In this document: piece after piece, positions 20,326-30,514 of the stretch
How positions within the stretch are numbered: the first letter of the stretch is position 1
How the letters are laid out: each line of letters begins with the position of its first letter
DNA from: a virus
Virus record (IMG/VR): IMGVR_UViG_3300021171_000007
Coordinates: 1-64,000 of that record
Length of the DNA stretch: 64,000 nucleotides
Direction: 5' to 3' (one strand)
Translations under genes and position numbers: made by a program
Notes under the pieces: generated by a model
Told to the model about the DNA's origin: nothing
Database searches by the model: none
The model's input: only the letters and a program-made list of their open reading frames with translations

Positions 20326-21141
20326 TTAGCGCTTCGGTTGAGGAGTTGTCCCAGGCGCAATCGGCTGAGTTGGCTGGCCGGCGCCAACAGGAGGCCGCGG
20401 TAGTGGCTGTCCAGGACGAACCGGAGGCGTCACAGAGCCAGGAGGACGAGGCTGACCTGCAACAGGCGGTCGTCCAGGAAGTCCCTGATCGGGATGTGTT
20501 CCATCATCCGGAAGTTCCGGCGGTTCAGTCGTAGGCGGCTCATTCGGAAGGCCCTGATCAGGATGAACAGGAATATCCAAAACCGCGTAGCGATAGCCGA
20601 CGCCGCTGATCAAAACGAGAACGAGTGTCTTTCCAGCAGGAACGCTTGGAGGAAGCGGCGGCCAAATTGTGCCAGGAGGCGGATCAGTTGGCGGAAGTTC
20701 TGGTTCGCCAGGCTGCGGCGGTGCAATCGGGTGAGACGGATCGACCGGCCAAGCAGGAATGTGTCCTTCATCCACACCATAGTCCGGATCCACCGGACGA
20801 CCTCCACCTCCCCAACCGAAACCAGGGTCAATAGGGCGCCCAGGTCGTGAAGGAAGATGTCCAGGGTGTTCCGGGCGAAAACCAGGACGCCCGCCAGGAA
20901 GCCCCTGATCTGGATGTCCTCCTTCAACACCCCAACCCGGATCAACAGGACGACCAGGACGAACCGGACCTTGATCAGGACGACCAGGCCAAGAGCCTGG
21001 TGGACGATTTCCCACATGCGGAGGACGACCGCCAGGAACACCATAACCTGGATCAACAGGTTCGTCAATTCCATAGTCCGGATCAGTAGGACGCTGCGGT
21101 CGACCATTACGGTCGAGGAACTGAATATAAGCAAAAGGCAT
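20326..21141 (-). CDS. Pro/Gly-rich repetitive protein
   Basis: GAGGAG SD; DPx(Y/W/F)G x5 and PDQG(L)P x3-4 repeats; GC-rich codons. Confidence 0.7.
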   Translation of the reverse strand: MPFAYIQFLDRNGRPQRPTDPDYGIDEPVDPGYGVPGGRPPHVGNRPPGSWPGRPDQGPVRPGRPVDPGWGVEGGHPDQGLPGGRPGFRPEHPGHLPSRPGRPIDPGFGWGGGGRPVDPDYGVDEGHIPAWPVDPSHPIAPPQPGEPELPPTDPPPGTIWPPLPPSVPAGKTLVLVLISGVGYRYAVLDIPVHPDQGLPNEPPTTEPPELPDDGTHPDQGLPGRPPVAGQPRPPGSVTPPVRPGQPLPRPPVGAGQPTQPIAPGTTPQPKR

Positions 21142-21305
21142 TATCTTCTCCTCACAGGTAAGTTTCTCTTGTTAGTCTGGCTCTTCAAACGCGTGGCGTC
21201 CCAGACAAAAGTGCAGGGTGGAATCACATCGACGGGAGGCCGAGACCGCTCAATTGCCGCTAGTTGGGAGGTACGCCGCGACAATTTCACCCCTGCTGAA
21301 GTTTA

Positions 21306-22817
21306 TTACCAAAGTTCTGAATCGCCCAGAGAAGAACATACTCCGTAGCAAAAGCAATCAACCAAATCGTCTTCTTGATCTGGCACGCCAACATTAAAAC
21401 TGTGAACTTGTTTAATGAGATGATTAGCGTGTCTTTGTTTAAAATCCACAGTCTTGTTATAAGCTTGAACAGAATACTTTACCTTGCCAACGGAAACGTA
21501 TCCACTAGCATTGAGAGCACGCGGTTGTTTGCCAAGTTGTACCAACTTAGCGTCAACACCAGTTGCCAAAAGGTTGCGTCGATTACATTGTTGCAAAAGG
21601 ACAATTCCAGAGCCCTTTTCTTCAATTACTGTACCAATCGACCCACGCCGCGCCCGACAAGCTCTGGCATATTCCTCAAGTTTTAAGTAAATGCCAGGTA
21701 TCCAATCTATCAACAAATCAGCAGGAACTTGCAAAATATCATAATCTAAAATAGTAAGTGGCGCCGCAAAACGCTCGTTCAAAGCCCAATAGATTACTGC
21801 GGTGGCATCGTGTTTCGCATCAGCCTTAATGCCAGTATCAATAGTGGCAAAGACGCAATCAGTCCACTCAGGAAAGTTGACAGGCAATCCGTCAACAAGT
21901 AAGTCCTTTTCGAGGAAAAACGTACCACCAGGCGGCTGCGGATTTTGTTGATAGAGAGACTCAAAATCTCTAATCCCCAAGATAGTTCGCTTTCGCTCCA
22001 GAGCTTCTGCGTTTTCCCAACCAGGCCAAAGAGCCTCACCTACTTTACGTGGAGGATCAAGAGGATCATTAGCAGTTGCAAATGCTGGCAGATTTATAAC
22101 AGTCCACTGATCTCCGCCCTTATCCATTTCATTTAAAAGCATTCCACCTAAATCTTCTAAATGCCATCGTGTCTGGATAAGGATAATTCTAGCATCTGGC
22201 TTAAGACGTGTGACAAGATCTGATTTATACCATTCGTAAGTTTTTGTCCTAACGGTTTCTGATTCAGCATCCTCTCTGGATTTAACTGGATCATCAATAA
22301 TTGCGAGATCAGCGCGTCTTCCAGTAATAGCGCCTCCCACACCTGCCGCGTAATATTCACCTCCGTTTGTGGTTTCCCATCGAGAAGCTGCTCTGTTTGA
22401 TTCATCTAGCGAATAGCCTAAAATTGGTGACTTCAACAGTATCTTGTTACGCACCTTACGGCCAAAACGCTCAGCAAGCTCTCCTGTATGTGAACAACCA
22501 ATTACAGAGGAACGCGGAAACTTTTTAAACCAATACGGCGGTAACAATTCAGATGTATAAGTAGATTTGGCGCTCCCAGGAGGAGCAAATATCATTAAGC
22601 GATCAATTTCACCTTTTATAACTTTTTCTAGGGCTTTGATAATGTGTCTATGATGCGGTGCTGGTTCAAAATTAAAATCATGTACGCACTCTTCACACCA
22701 AGAAAGTAAGTCGGTTTGACAAGAACGACGCCAAGCTTCAGCGCGATATTTAAGAATTTGACGCTTACGTATTGTCTCAAATTGGGATGGTTGTGAAGGC
22801 TCGAATCCCATTGACAC
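21306..22817 (-). CDS. terL: Terminase large subunit
   Basis: Walker A-like APPGSAKST, ITGRRADLAIIDDPVK, IQTRWH, YQQNP, nuclease motifs IDTG and EDDLVD. Confidence 0.92.
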   Translation of the reverse strand: MSMGFEPSQPSQFETIRKRQILKYRAEAWRRSCQTDLLSWCEECVHDFNFEPAPHHRHIIKALEKVIKGEIDRLMIFAPPGSAKSTYTSELLPPYWFKKFPRSSVIGCSHTGELAERFGRKVRNKILLKSPILGYSLDESNRAASRWETTNGGEYYAAGVGGAITGRRADLAIIDDPVKSREDAESETVRTKTYEWYKSDLVTRLKPDARIILIQTRWHLEDLGGMLLNEMDKGGDQWTVINLPAFATANDPLDPPRKVGEALWPGWENAEALERKRTILGIRDFESLYQQNPQPPGGTFFLEKDLLVDGLPVNFPEWTDCVFATIDTGIKADAKHDATAVIYWALNERFAAPLTILDYDILQVPADLLIDWIPGIYLKLEEYARACRARRGSIGTVIEEKGSGIVLLQQCNRRNLLATGVDAKLVQLGKQPRALNASGYVSVGKVKYSVQAYNKTVDFKQRHANHLIKQVHSFNVGVPDQEDDLVDCFCYGVCSSLGDSELW

Positions 22818-22836
22818 AGTTAGAAGCGCCCAAGTG

Positions 22837-23088
22837 TTAGACTATTCCAGGCTCAACACTTCCAATAGCCGCAGCAATAGCCGCTCGGTATTTCTCAAAC
22901 TGCGCCTGTCTCTGGAACGAATTACCCAAATCAGCAGCAGGCAACATACCAATGGCTTGCGTGCCAATTGAATCAAGTGCGATCTGAATTTCCGGAGCAT
23001 TGGGGAAGCGAGCAGCATATTCATTTAATGCTGAAAATTGCTCATCTGTGATTAGATAAATGCGAAGTCCGCGTCCAGCTTCAGCCAT
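22837..23088 (-). CDS. Hypothetical protein, first gene of the late operon
   Basis: ORF with AAGGA SD upstream of terL. Confidence 0.5.
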   Translation of the reverse strand: MAEAGRGLRIYLITDEQFSALNEYAARFPNAPEIQIALDSIGTQAIGMLPAADLGNSFQRQAQFEKYRAAIAAAIGSVEPGIV

Positions 23089-23408
23089 TTATTCAAAATC
23101 CTTTATAGAGACACTTCGTCCAATCTCATTTTCAGAGTTTGGGCCCTTATTTTGGCCTCGTTCCCTGCCTTAGCAGGACTGACTTAACTGGCGCAGTAGG
23201 CCAAAACCTGGGCCCATCCGGGCTGGGGGGCTCTGTTAAAGAAGGGCCCAGGCATTAAATTCCAGCCTTAGGGGAAAGAGCTGGAGGCGGTCCCTCAATG
23301 AGCAGGAAACGCACTGAGAGCCCTTGAGCATGGGTGGTAAATATGTCTTTTCTGCGGCTTTTACATTAACCCGAACATTAAATTTTCGTAATGTTTACAC
23401 TGTCCCCG

Positions 23409-23437
23409 TAGACTTCACAACCATTTTGTGCTATAGT
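23409..23437 (+). promoter_or_regulatory. Sigma70-type promoter for the NusG-like gene
   Basis: TAGACT-17-TATAGT with an extended TGc. Confidence 0.6.
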
Positions 23438-23470
23438 GTTTAGTAAGAAAAGCAAGTTTTGGAGGGCTCA

Positions 23471-23998
23471 ATGCAAGATCTATTTGCCACACAAACACAA
23501 AACGATTTCAAGTGGGTAGTGGCAGTCTTTGCAAATACTGGCGCAACAGAAGCCATTCGAAAAGCTAACGATGTACCATTGAAAACATTTTATCCAATAC
23601 GATTTAATCAAAAAGGACTTCCAGTCCCTTTGTGGCGCCACTACTTATTCATTGAATTTCGCGACACGTTAACAGCTCAAGTATGTCGGAGCACTAAAAA
23701 ATTCATTAAAGTAATTACTATGCGTGATGAAGAAGGAATAGAATATCCAGTAATGGTACGTAAAAACGCTATTAATGAACATCTAGGATTATTACTATCT
23801 GGTAGATTTAATAGTAGATCAACAGTTAGACGTTATTACGGAAAAGGATCAATAGTTAGAGTATTGGAAGGTAATTTTATTGATAAGAAAGTACGATTGG
23901 AAACAGATGTACCTCCAAGTATGCCTGGTAATAAGAAAGTACAAATTGACATAGGTGGATTCAAAGCAAGCATCGAGATTTGGAAGTTAGCACTATGA
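23471..23998 (+). CDS. NusG/RfaH-family transcription antiterminator paralog
   Basis: NGN-like KWVV...TFYP...PLWRHYLFIEF; KOW-like GSIVRVLEGNF; ATG at 23471 after GGAGG. Confidence 0.8.
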   Translation: MQDLFATQTQNDFKWVVAVFANTGATEAIRKANDVPLKTFYPIRFNQKGLPVPLWRHYLFIEFRDTLTAQVCRSTKKFIKVITMRDEEGIEYPVMVRKNAINEHLGLLLSGRFNSRSTVRRYYGKGSIVRVLEGNFIDKKVRLETDVPPSMPGNKKVQIDIGGFKASIEIWKLAL

Positions 23999-24164
23999 CA
24001 AATGAAGACGAAGAGGATCACTACAATGATTATGATGAAGGATATGAACCTCCATTTAGACATCCATGGAGAGAAATAATTACATTTATATTATTTGTCA
24101 GTATCATAATAGCAGGACTATGGTGGTTAACTTGGAAGATATATGACTGGATATGAGGTAGCAA

Positions 24165-24608
24165 ATGTGCATGGATTGGGAAGAATGGGAGAAGAATCGC
24201 TTCTTCATTTTAATGGGAAAAACACCAGTTCCATCTAATATGCAAGGATGGTCTGCATGGTTTGAAAAAGCCTATGGCACTAATGAAACTGTGGTAGCCT
24301 TTACCAAAACAGATCTAGTTGAAGTAAGCACTGTTTTTCTAGGAATTAATCATAACTTTAATTTTGGGCCTGATAGAGGCGCACCAGTATTATTTGAGAC
24401 AATGGCATTTCATAAGCTAGAAATGCCAAAAATAATTCTAGATCACGAAATAGATTGGGATGGCCAAGAAACCATGCGCTGCTGTACATGGGAAGAAGCT
24501 GAGTTACAACATAAGATAATGGTAGCAGAAGTAATCAGTAAAGAATATCTGGGAACTCCAGAACAACTTAAGGCTATGGTAGAAGCAATCTTCAAGGAGC
24601 AGAAATGA
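24165..24608 (+). CDS. Conserved phage hypothetical protein
   Basis: VSTVFLGINH..PVLFETMAF..TWEEAELQH pattern. Confidence 0.55.
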   Translation: MCMDWEEWEKNRFFILMGKTPVPSNMQGWSAWFEKAYGTNETVVAFTKTDLVEVSTVFLGINHNFNFGPDRGAPVLFETMAFHKLEMPKIILDHEIDWDGQETMRCCTWEEAELQHKIMVAEVISKEYLGTPEQLKAMVEAIFKEQK

Positions 24609-25066
24609 CACAGTTCGGAGCAACAGGTGACTATCCACACGGCAAAATGAACGTAGAAGATGAGGGAGGAATCATATTAGGAATTGCTCATGATAAAGGA
24701 AATGTTATTATTAATTTTGGTAAGCCATGTGCTTGGATAGGAATGCCACCGGAAGAAGCATTTGGGCTTGCTAGATTGATAGCAGAACATGCCCATAAAG
24801 CTATGAGAGATATAACGGAAAGTAACAATGGATGAGACAGTAATAGCATGTATGAGGGTTTCTACAAAAGGCCCTCATACTGATAGTATCATCTCCAGTT
24901 GCAACAAATGCCTCCATCCTATATGGATTGCCAAAAGCACTCCAAATATTGATGGAGCGCGCTTTCTGTGCATTCAATGCGTTCCATGGAACGAAGTAGA
25001 TGACATAGCACCGCCGACGCTTGATCAAATGTCTGACGTTCTGAACTCCAAAAATAGAAGGTAGCA

Positions 25067-25567
25067 ATGAGACTCAAAGATATCACTAGTGAAGGAGATG
25101 TCCGCGAATGGCTTCAAGAATGGATAGATGAATGTCAAGGGAGGTTAAAATTAGAATGGATTGAACCATCGATATACGGTAGCACTGTTGGCACTCCAGA
25201 TTGCAAAGTCTCAAAGTCCGGAGTGCAATGGACTATTGGTGTAGAACTCAAATACCTTTTAACAACCAAAAAAGGAATCAAATGGGAGGTGCGCCCAGCA
25301 CAACGGCGCTATCATCACATGCACGCTAAGAGCGGTGGCAGGAGCGCACTAATGGCATATATCGCTGCCAACTCAGTTCTTGGATTAGTTCGTGGCGATC
25401 ATATTCCGCTACGAGACTATGCCAAAGATCCACAGAGCGGCATCCATGATGGTAAAGTTAAAATGTGGGATCTCAGTTATTTTAGCGTAGATACTGATCT
25501 TAATACAATATTGAATTTGGAAAGAGCCTTGTTTGGAGAACTCTTTTGGGAGAAGCATCATGCGTAA
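25067..25567 (+). CDS. PD-(D/E)xK nuclease (VRR-NUC / resolvase-like)
   Basis: GTPDC...GVELK...VRPAQRRYH motif. Confidence 0.65.
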   Translation: MRLKDITSEGDVREWLQEWIDECQGRLKLEWIEPSIYGSTVGTPDCKVSKSGVQWTIGVELKYLLTTKKGIKWEVRPAQRRYHHMHAKSGGRSALMAYIAANSVLGLVRGDHIPLRDYAKDPQSGIHDGKVKMWDLSYFSVDTDLNTILNLERALFGELFWEKHHA

Positions 25568-25699
25568 AATTGATCCTCTCTTTGTGTTAGCCATAATGTT
25601 TATGATTGCTTATGGTGGACAAATTATCATCAACCTGCTAGGATTAAAATAATGGTAAAGATGGTACCACCTCAATATAAAAAAGGAGGATCACACGCT

Positions 25700-25894
25700 A
25701 TGCCAAGAGAGGACATTGCTCATCACTTTGTTGGACAAAAAGTCCAGAAACTAGATGGATATAAATACCCAGGTATCATTGTCTCTGTATTCAAAACTAC
25801 GGAAGGAAAAGTCAGATATGTCGTTGAAGCTGATCATACTGATTTTCGTGGTATGCTTCATATTTTCTCTGATGCGCAGCTTGAGGAACGGTGA
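25700..25894 (+). CDS. R67/DfrB-like SH3-fold protein
   Basis: FVGQKVQKLDGYKYPGIIV..YVVE..GMLHIFSDAQLE parallels the DfrB pattern GDRVRKKSG..WQG.IV..YAVE..GSVQIYP..ALE; AGGAGG SD. Confidence 0.55.
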   Translation: MPREDIAHHFVGQKVQKLDGYKYPGIIVSVFKTTEGKVRYVVEADHTDFRGMLHIFSDAQLEER

Positions 25895-28247
25895 ATGAGG
25901 TGCCAAAACTGCCACGGTAACGGACACGCTTGGAATATGTTAACCCAAGAATATCTCCTTTGTATGGAATGTCATGGCAGCGGCATAACATCATGTTGCG
26001 AAGGGAACCCAAATATGACTGAAGATAAAAATCATCCATTCGTATCAACACCAAATAATGGACCATGCTCCAGCTGCGGAAAATTACGTAGTGATTCAAT
26101 TCATCGTAGAATGTTTGAATGTGATGCAGAAGTTTATACGTGCCCATATTGTATGAAAGCTGTTGTGGTATATGTAGAATTAGATGGTAGTGGAGTCATT
26201 TCACACGAGAGCTATGATTTAATTGCTAATTGGGTATATCATTCCAAATGCTGGGATGAACAAATGCGTAAATTTCCGCCAGGAGAGCCAAATGCAAAAT
26301 GATCCACTTAAAGAAATCCAAGAGTTCAATAGAAAGCGTAATGAGCTATTTCGCAACCCAACATTGGAGGCGGCAACTGCACACCTAAAAGAAATGGGTA
26401 TTACTGGATTTGAAAGAGAAGATGTGCCATTAGCAACAGTTCATAAAGCACGCCTACAATGGCTAGAAGCTACAAATCAAATGATTACAGAGTCCATCGC
26501 ATGGCTAAAAGAACATGGCTACGAGACAACTTTTAAAGGAGCGCCACCACTCACGCCAGAGCAACGTGACTCAGACCGTATTGAGATCGGAAAGAAACCA
26601 TTAGGAGAAGAATGATGTTGGAAAAAGAATTAAAAGAGTCAGATGAAGTGCTCTTCAAAATTGTAGCTGATAATCTCGAAGCTTCCATAGAAAATGAATA
26701 TAATATGGATAGCTACACAGATGAAGAACTTGCTGGCGATCTATTGGCATATGCAGAAGATTGCTCAGAATATAGTATTGAATATCTAACAGCAGCAGTT
26801 CACAAATGGAGAAAGAAAAATGGGCGAAGCCAAAATAAAACGCCTTAAAATAAAGGCCAGAAATATTCTAAATACGGAGTTCCAGACTACTAGACTCAGT
26901 AGTGGCTGTGACTGCTTAAACTGCGGCATAGAAATTGATGCTGCTACCAGTGTTGGCCACAAAAACCTGCCACAAGAAGGTGCTATTGCCATCTGCATGA
27001 TATGCTCTCATATTATGGCATACGACGAGAAAATTCATCTGCGAGAGATGACAGACGAAGAATGTCTGACAATTGCTGGTGATCCAGAAATTCTCTTTCT
27101 TATCAACGGCCTAGGCAGCGCCAAGAAACACTGGGAAGAAATACATGGTAAAGACACGTGGGGCGCCAAAGCGCGGGAAAGGCTCGCTAGGCTCAAAGCT
27201 CAACAAAACGAAGAGAAAGCTAAGGAAGAATGAATATGAGTGCGCTGCCTGTCATGAGGTCTATGCCAAAGGAGTGTCTGATGAAGAGGCTTTGGCGGAA
27301 GCTGCGACGCTTTTTCCTACTGTTCCAATTGAGGATACTTCAATAGTCTGCGATGACTGCTTTCAGAAAATGATGGCAGACGTCAAAGCCCGCCCATGGG
27401 CATACCCACCCCTACCAGGAGATGATGATGGTAAGTGATTTGTTTGACGAACACGGAAAACGAAAGATGCGCCCAGGTAGTGGAGTGATACCGAAGCCAT
27501 TTGACAAAGTAGAACTTGAAATTGTGCGTGCTGATATGGCTGAATTAATAGCCAGAGAAAAAGAAAATGGCGATTGGGAAAAATGGCTTGAATCGCAGCG
27601 CCCAATTTCGCAACTGCGGTCGCTTGACCGCGATTTACTTACAATCTCAGTTACACTGACAGTTGATGGCCACGTCATTCCTACGCCTGTTGGTCTTCCA
27701 GACGCAATCATGGAAGAGATAAATGACAGATACCGCAACCGTTCAACGCACCGTCTGGAGCGCCAAGAAATGCCCAGCCGCATCGTAGCAATGGAAGCTG
27801 ATCGAGAAAGATTGGAGAGAATTCGATTTTACACAGGTCAAATTACTGCTGAGATCTTCGCTCATTATGTAGGCCGCCCACCACAGAATGATGATCTTAT
27901 GCGCGCCAATTGTAATCTAGCCGGCCAATTAGGACATTCCGCCTGCGGTTGGTGCGGAAGCTGCCAACGGCCCCGATTCATATGCAACCACCACGTGATA
28001 TCACCCAATGGACCAATGAGATGAAAACCAAAAAATGGAAGAAGCATATGCTTCAACTCATGAGGATCGCCCTGATTCCAGGTCCACCAGGCCCTAGAGG
28101 CGCCACTGGGCCCCAAGGTCCACAAGGTGTTCCAGGTCAGCAAGGCCCCATCGATTCATCAAACTATGACCTTGCTGAGCAGATCGCTTGGTTGAAGAAT
28201 GAACTAGCACAGTTGAAAATTGAAATTGACAGCTCAAGGAGGATTAG

Positions 28248-28468
28248 TGATGAAAATCAAAAACTATCAACCTCAAAACGAGGAAGAAGCCGTAGGATGG
28301 TTGATGGAAGAGTGCTGCGAGGTGGTAATATCAATCGGTAGGTGCATGAGGTTTGGAATTGAAACTGTCCACGAGGGCCGTACTAATCGCCAGATCCTAC
28401 TCGATGAGCTTGATGATTTATCTAAAGCCTGGGCTGAATCACAACTATGGCTAAGGAAAGTCAAATGA
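28248..28468 (+). CDS. MazG-like nucleotide pyrophosphohydrolase
   Basis: LMEECCEVV..RFG..ILLDELDDL acidic helical motif. Confidence 0.5.
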
Positions 28469-29085
28469 TTAGATGCGCCCAGTGCAAGAAAGAGTTTGCT
28501 CCAAAATTTCCACAACATAGATTTTGTTCAAAAGACTGTGGCACAAGATTCCATAGATACGCACGAATGATGAAACGCGATCGTAAATGGATTTTGATTA
28601 ATGGGCCTAGATCTGTTCAATCTGATTCTACGTGAACGGATTGTAACTCATTATGATTCCACAGTGGGGGGTTGTAGAAATCAAGATGAGTGAAAATTTG
28701 ATGCTAGTCCGGTGACGGTCACCACCAGTGGGTCGCGTGAAACAGGTAAAACAGAAGATCGACCCCGACCTTCGGCTGGCCAGAAAATCGACAGAGAAGG
28801 GCAAGAGATAGGGATAGGGTCTAGCGTTTTAGGCTATGTGCATAGCGGACGCATGTCCGAGGCCGCCTGTCAGCCTCCTAATGCGATTTAAACGCATATC
28901 GCGGACTAGGGCATAACGGACGCGAGAAACGAAACATTCGCGAACATTACAAAATGTTAATGTGTTCGCAATGTTTTGTAATGTTGCAAACGTCGTTTAC
29001 GTGTATTGTTCCCTTTGCACCGCGCTTTTGCGGTGCGGGCGGACGCTACGTGCGCCGCTCTTGTCTAGCAAAAAGGACTAAACAA

Positions 29086-29583
29086 ATGTCGAACGAAAAG
29101 CCCGCAAAGGTTGCGGACGTTCTCGCGCAAGTTAGCGCGGATAATGCGGAAGTGCGCGCTAGCGTGCTTGCGCTAGTGCAGGCTATGCCGCAAGCGATTG
29201 CGGACGCGGTTAAGCAGGCGTTGCCTGTCCCGACCGTGCGCGCGCCGCGAACCGCTCGCGTTGCGGTGCAGATGTCTCCTGCGGACGCGGACGCCGCAAT
29301 GTGCGGTTTTAACAAGAAAGGTCCGCGCCGCGATTTCTTTCTTGCTGTGCGCGAATTGCCGAGCGGCACATATTCGCTTGCGGAAACGTTTCCGGGCGTT
29401 TCGCTTGCGGAGGCGGGCGTTGTTTATCGTCGCCTTAGCGGACAACGCACGGGCGGACGCGTTACGGAAAGCTTTTTCGAGCGGTTAGGCTTCGAAATCG
29501 CAATCGTTAACGAAGTGCGCGGGAAGGCCGAAATCGGCATTACGCGTTACACGGACGCGAACAAGACGGGCGAAACCGCCTAA
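29086..29583 (+). CDS. Hypothetical 165-aa protein in the TGR/YCA-free island
   Basis: AAGGA SD then ATG 29086 (MSNEKPAKV...); own terminator. Confidence 0.7.
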   Translation: MSNEKPAKVADVLAQVSADNAEVRASVLALVQAMPQAIADAVKQALPVPTVRAPRTARVAVQMSPADADAAMCGFNKKGPRRDFFLAVRELPSGTYSLAETFPGVSLAEAGVVYRRLSGQRTGGRVTESFFERLGFEIAIVNEVRGKAEIGITRYTDANKTGETA

Positions 29584-29592
29584 CGCGCAATC

Positions 29593-29623
29593 GAGCGGAC
29601 GCGACAAGCGTCCGCTCTTTTCT
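29593..29623 (+). terminator. Intrinsic terminator
   Basis: GAGCGGACGC-gacaa-GCGTCCGCTC-TTTTCTT. Confidence 0.8.
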
Positions 29624-29746
29624 TGCCCTCTAACTTCAGGACCAACAAAACCATGTTTATCATCATCGCACATCGTGGCCTCAACTGGCGCTGCTTCCGT
29701 GGCCCCAAGCGGACGTACTTCCTCTGGATCCACGAAGGAAATTGAA

Positions 29747-29878
29747 ATGGCCAAGATCATTCCCGTCATTGGGCTGCTGATTGCCCTCGCGTTTGGCCTC
29801 ATAGCTGTCGGCCACCACAACTACGTCACCCAGGTCAACGACTATCTGGACCATGGCACTCCTGCCACAAAACCATAA
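29747..29878 (+). CDS. Small membrane/secreted peptide
   Basis: MAKIIPVIGLLIALAFGLIAVG hydrophobic helix; AAGGA SD; followed by a terminator. Confidence 0.55.
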   Translation: MAKIIPVIGLLIALAFGLIAVGHHNYVTQVNDYLDHGTPATKP

Positions 29879-29880
29879 TC

Positions 29881-29904
29881 AATGGGGCGCAAGCCCCATT
29901 TTTT
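29881..29904 (+). terminator. Intrinsic terminator
   Basis: AATGGGGC-gcaa-GCCCCATT-TTTT. Confidence 0.75.
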
Positions 29905-30233
29905 CATGTCCAGTTCGTTCATCCCATGAATTGAATCAATCTCATGAATTGAGTTTGGTGATGATGATATCATGACATTCATCCCATGAATTGAATATAG
30001 ATCATAATTCATTCATCATGGTCATTTTCATTCATTGGCTGGTAACTTCATGAGTGCCATTGGCTGATGGATGCGCACCAACGTGGATTGATGATGGTGA
30101 CTTCATAGCAATCATTGATTGATGGTTGCGCCCAGATCATGGGATGATACCAATCAACTACCATTACCACTCACCATTGACTGAATCATTACTGATGACT
30201 TACCATTGATTCATGGAGCGCCCAGGGACTGTT

Positions 30234-30478
30234 ACCAGTCCTGTTAGTCCTGTTATTTTTCATATAAAATAGGACAAAGAAAGTGCAACGATTACAAGGA
30301 CTTACGGCGACCAGTCCTGTTAGTCCTGTTTGTCCTATTGGTATTTCCATATGCGAGGCGTCGTTTTGCTACCTCTTCCCGACCACTGACCGGACAGCCT
30401 CCATGGCCGGCCTAACCCCTTGTAATCGTTAAGGAATTTCTGTCCTCCTTGTGGTTTTCAGAAAACAGGACAGGACAG
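30234..30478. repeat. GTCCTGT iteron-like repeats; putative replication origin
   Basis: ACCAGTCCTGTTAGTCCTGTT at 30234 and 30310; inverted copies AATAGGACA (30268) and ACAGGACAGGACAG (~30464); just downstream of the helicase gene. Confidence 0.55.
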
Positions 30479-30514
30479 AACCACAGATCATTAATGTAGA
30501 TTGTTACCATTGAC

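Noticed and set aside
20346-21348. Several overlapping or antisense ORFs over the Pro-rich gene (also over the scaffold and MCP genes)
   Set aside because: Expected shadows of GC-rich, repetitive coding sequence; no SD support
23366-23381. CtrA box
   Set aside because: TTAA-N8-TTAA rather than the canonical N7 spacing
29905-30225. Stop-codon reassignment suggested by the TGA density
   Set aside because: Conserved genes are intact under the standard code and end in TAA, TAG and TGA
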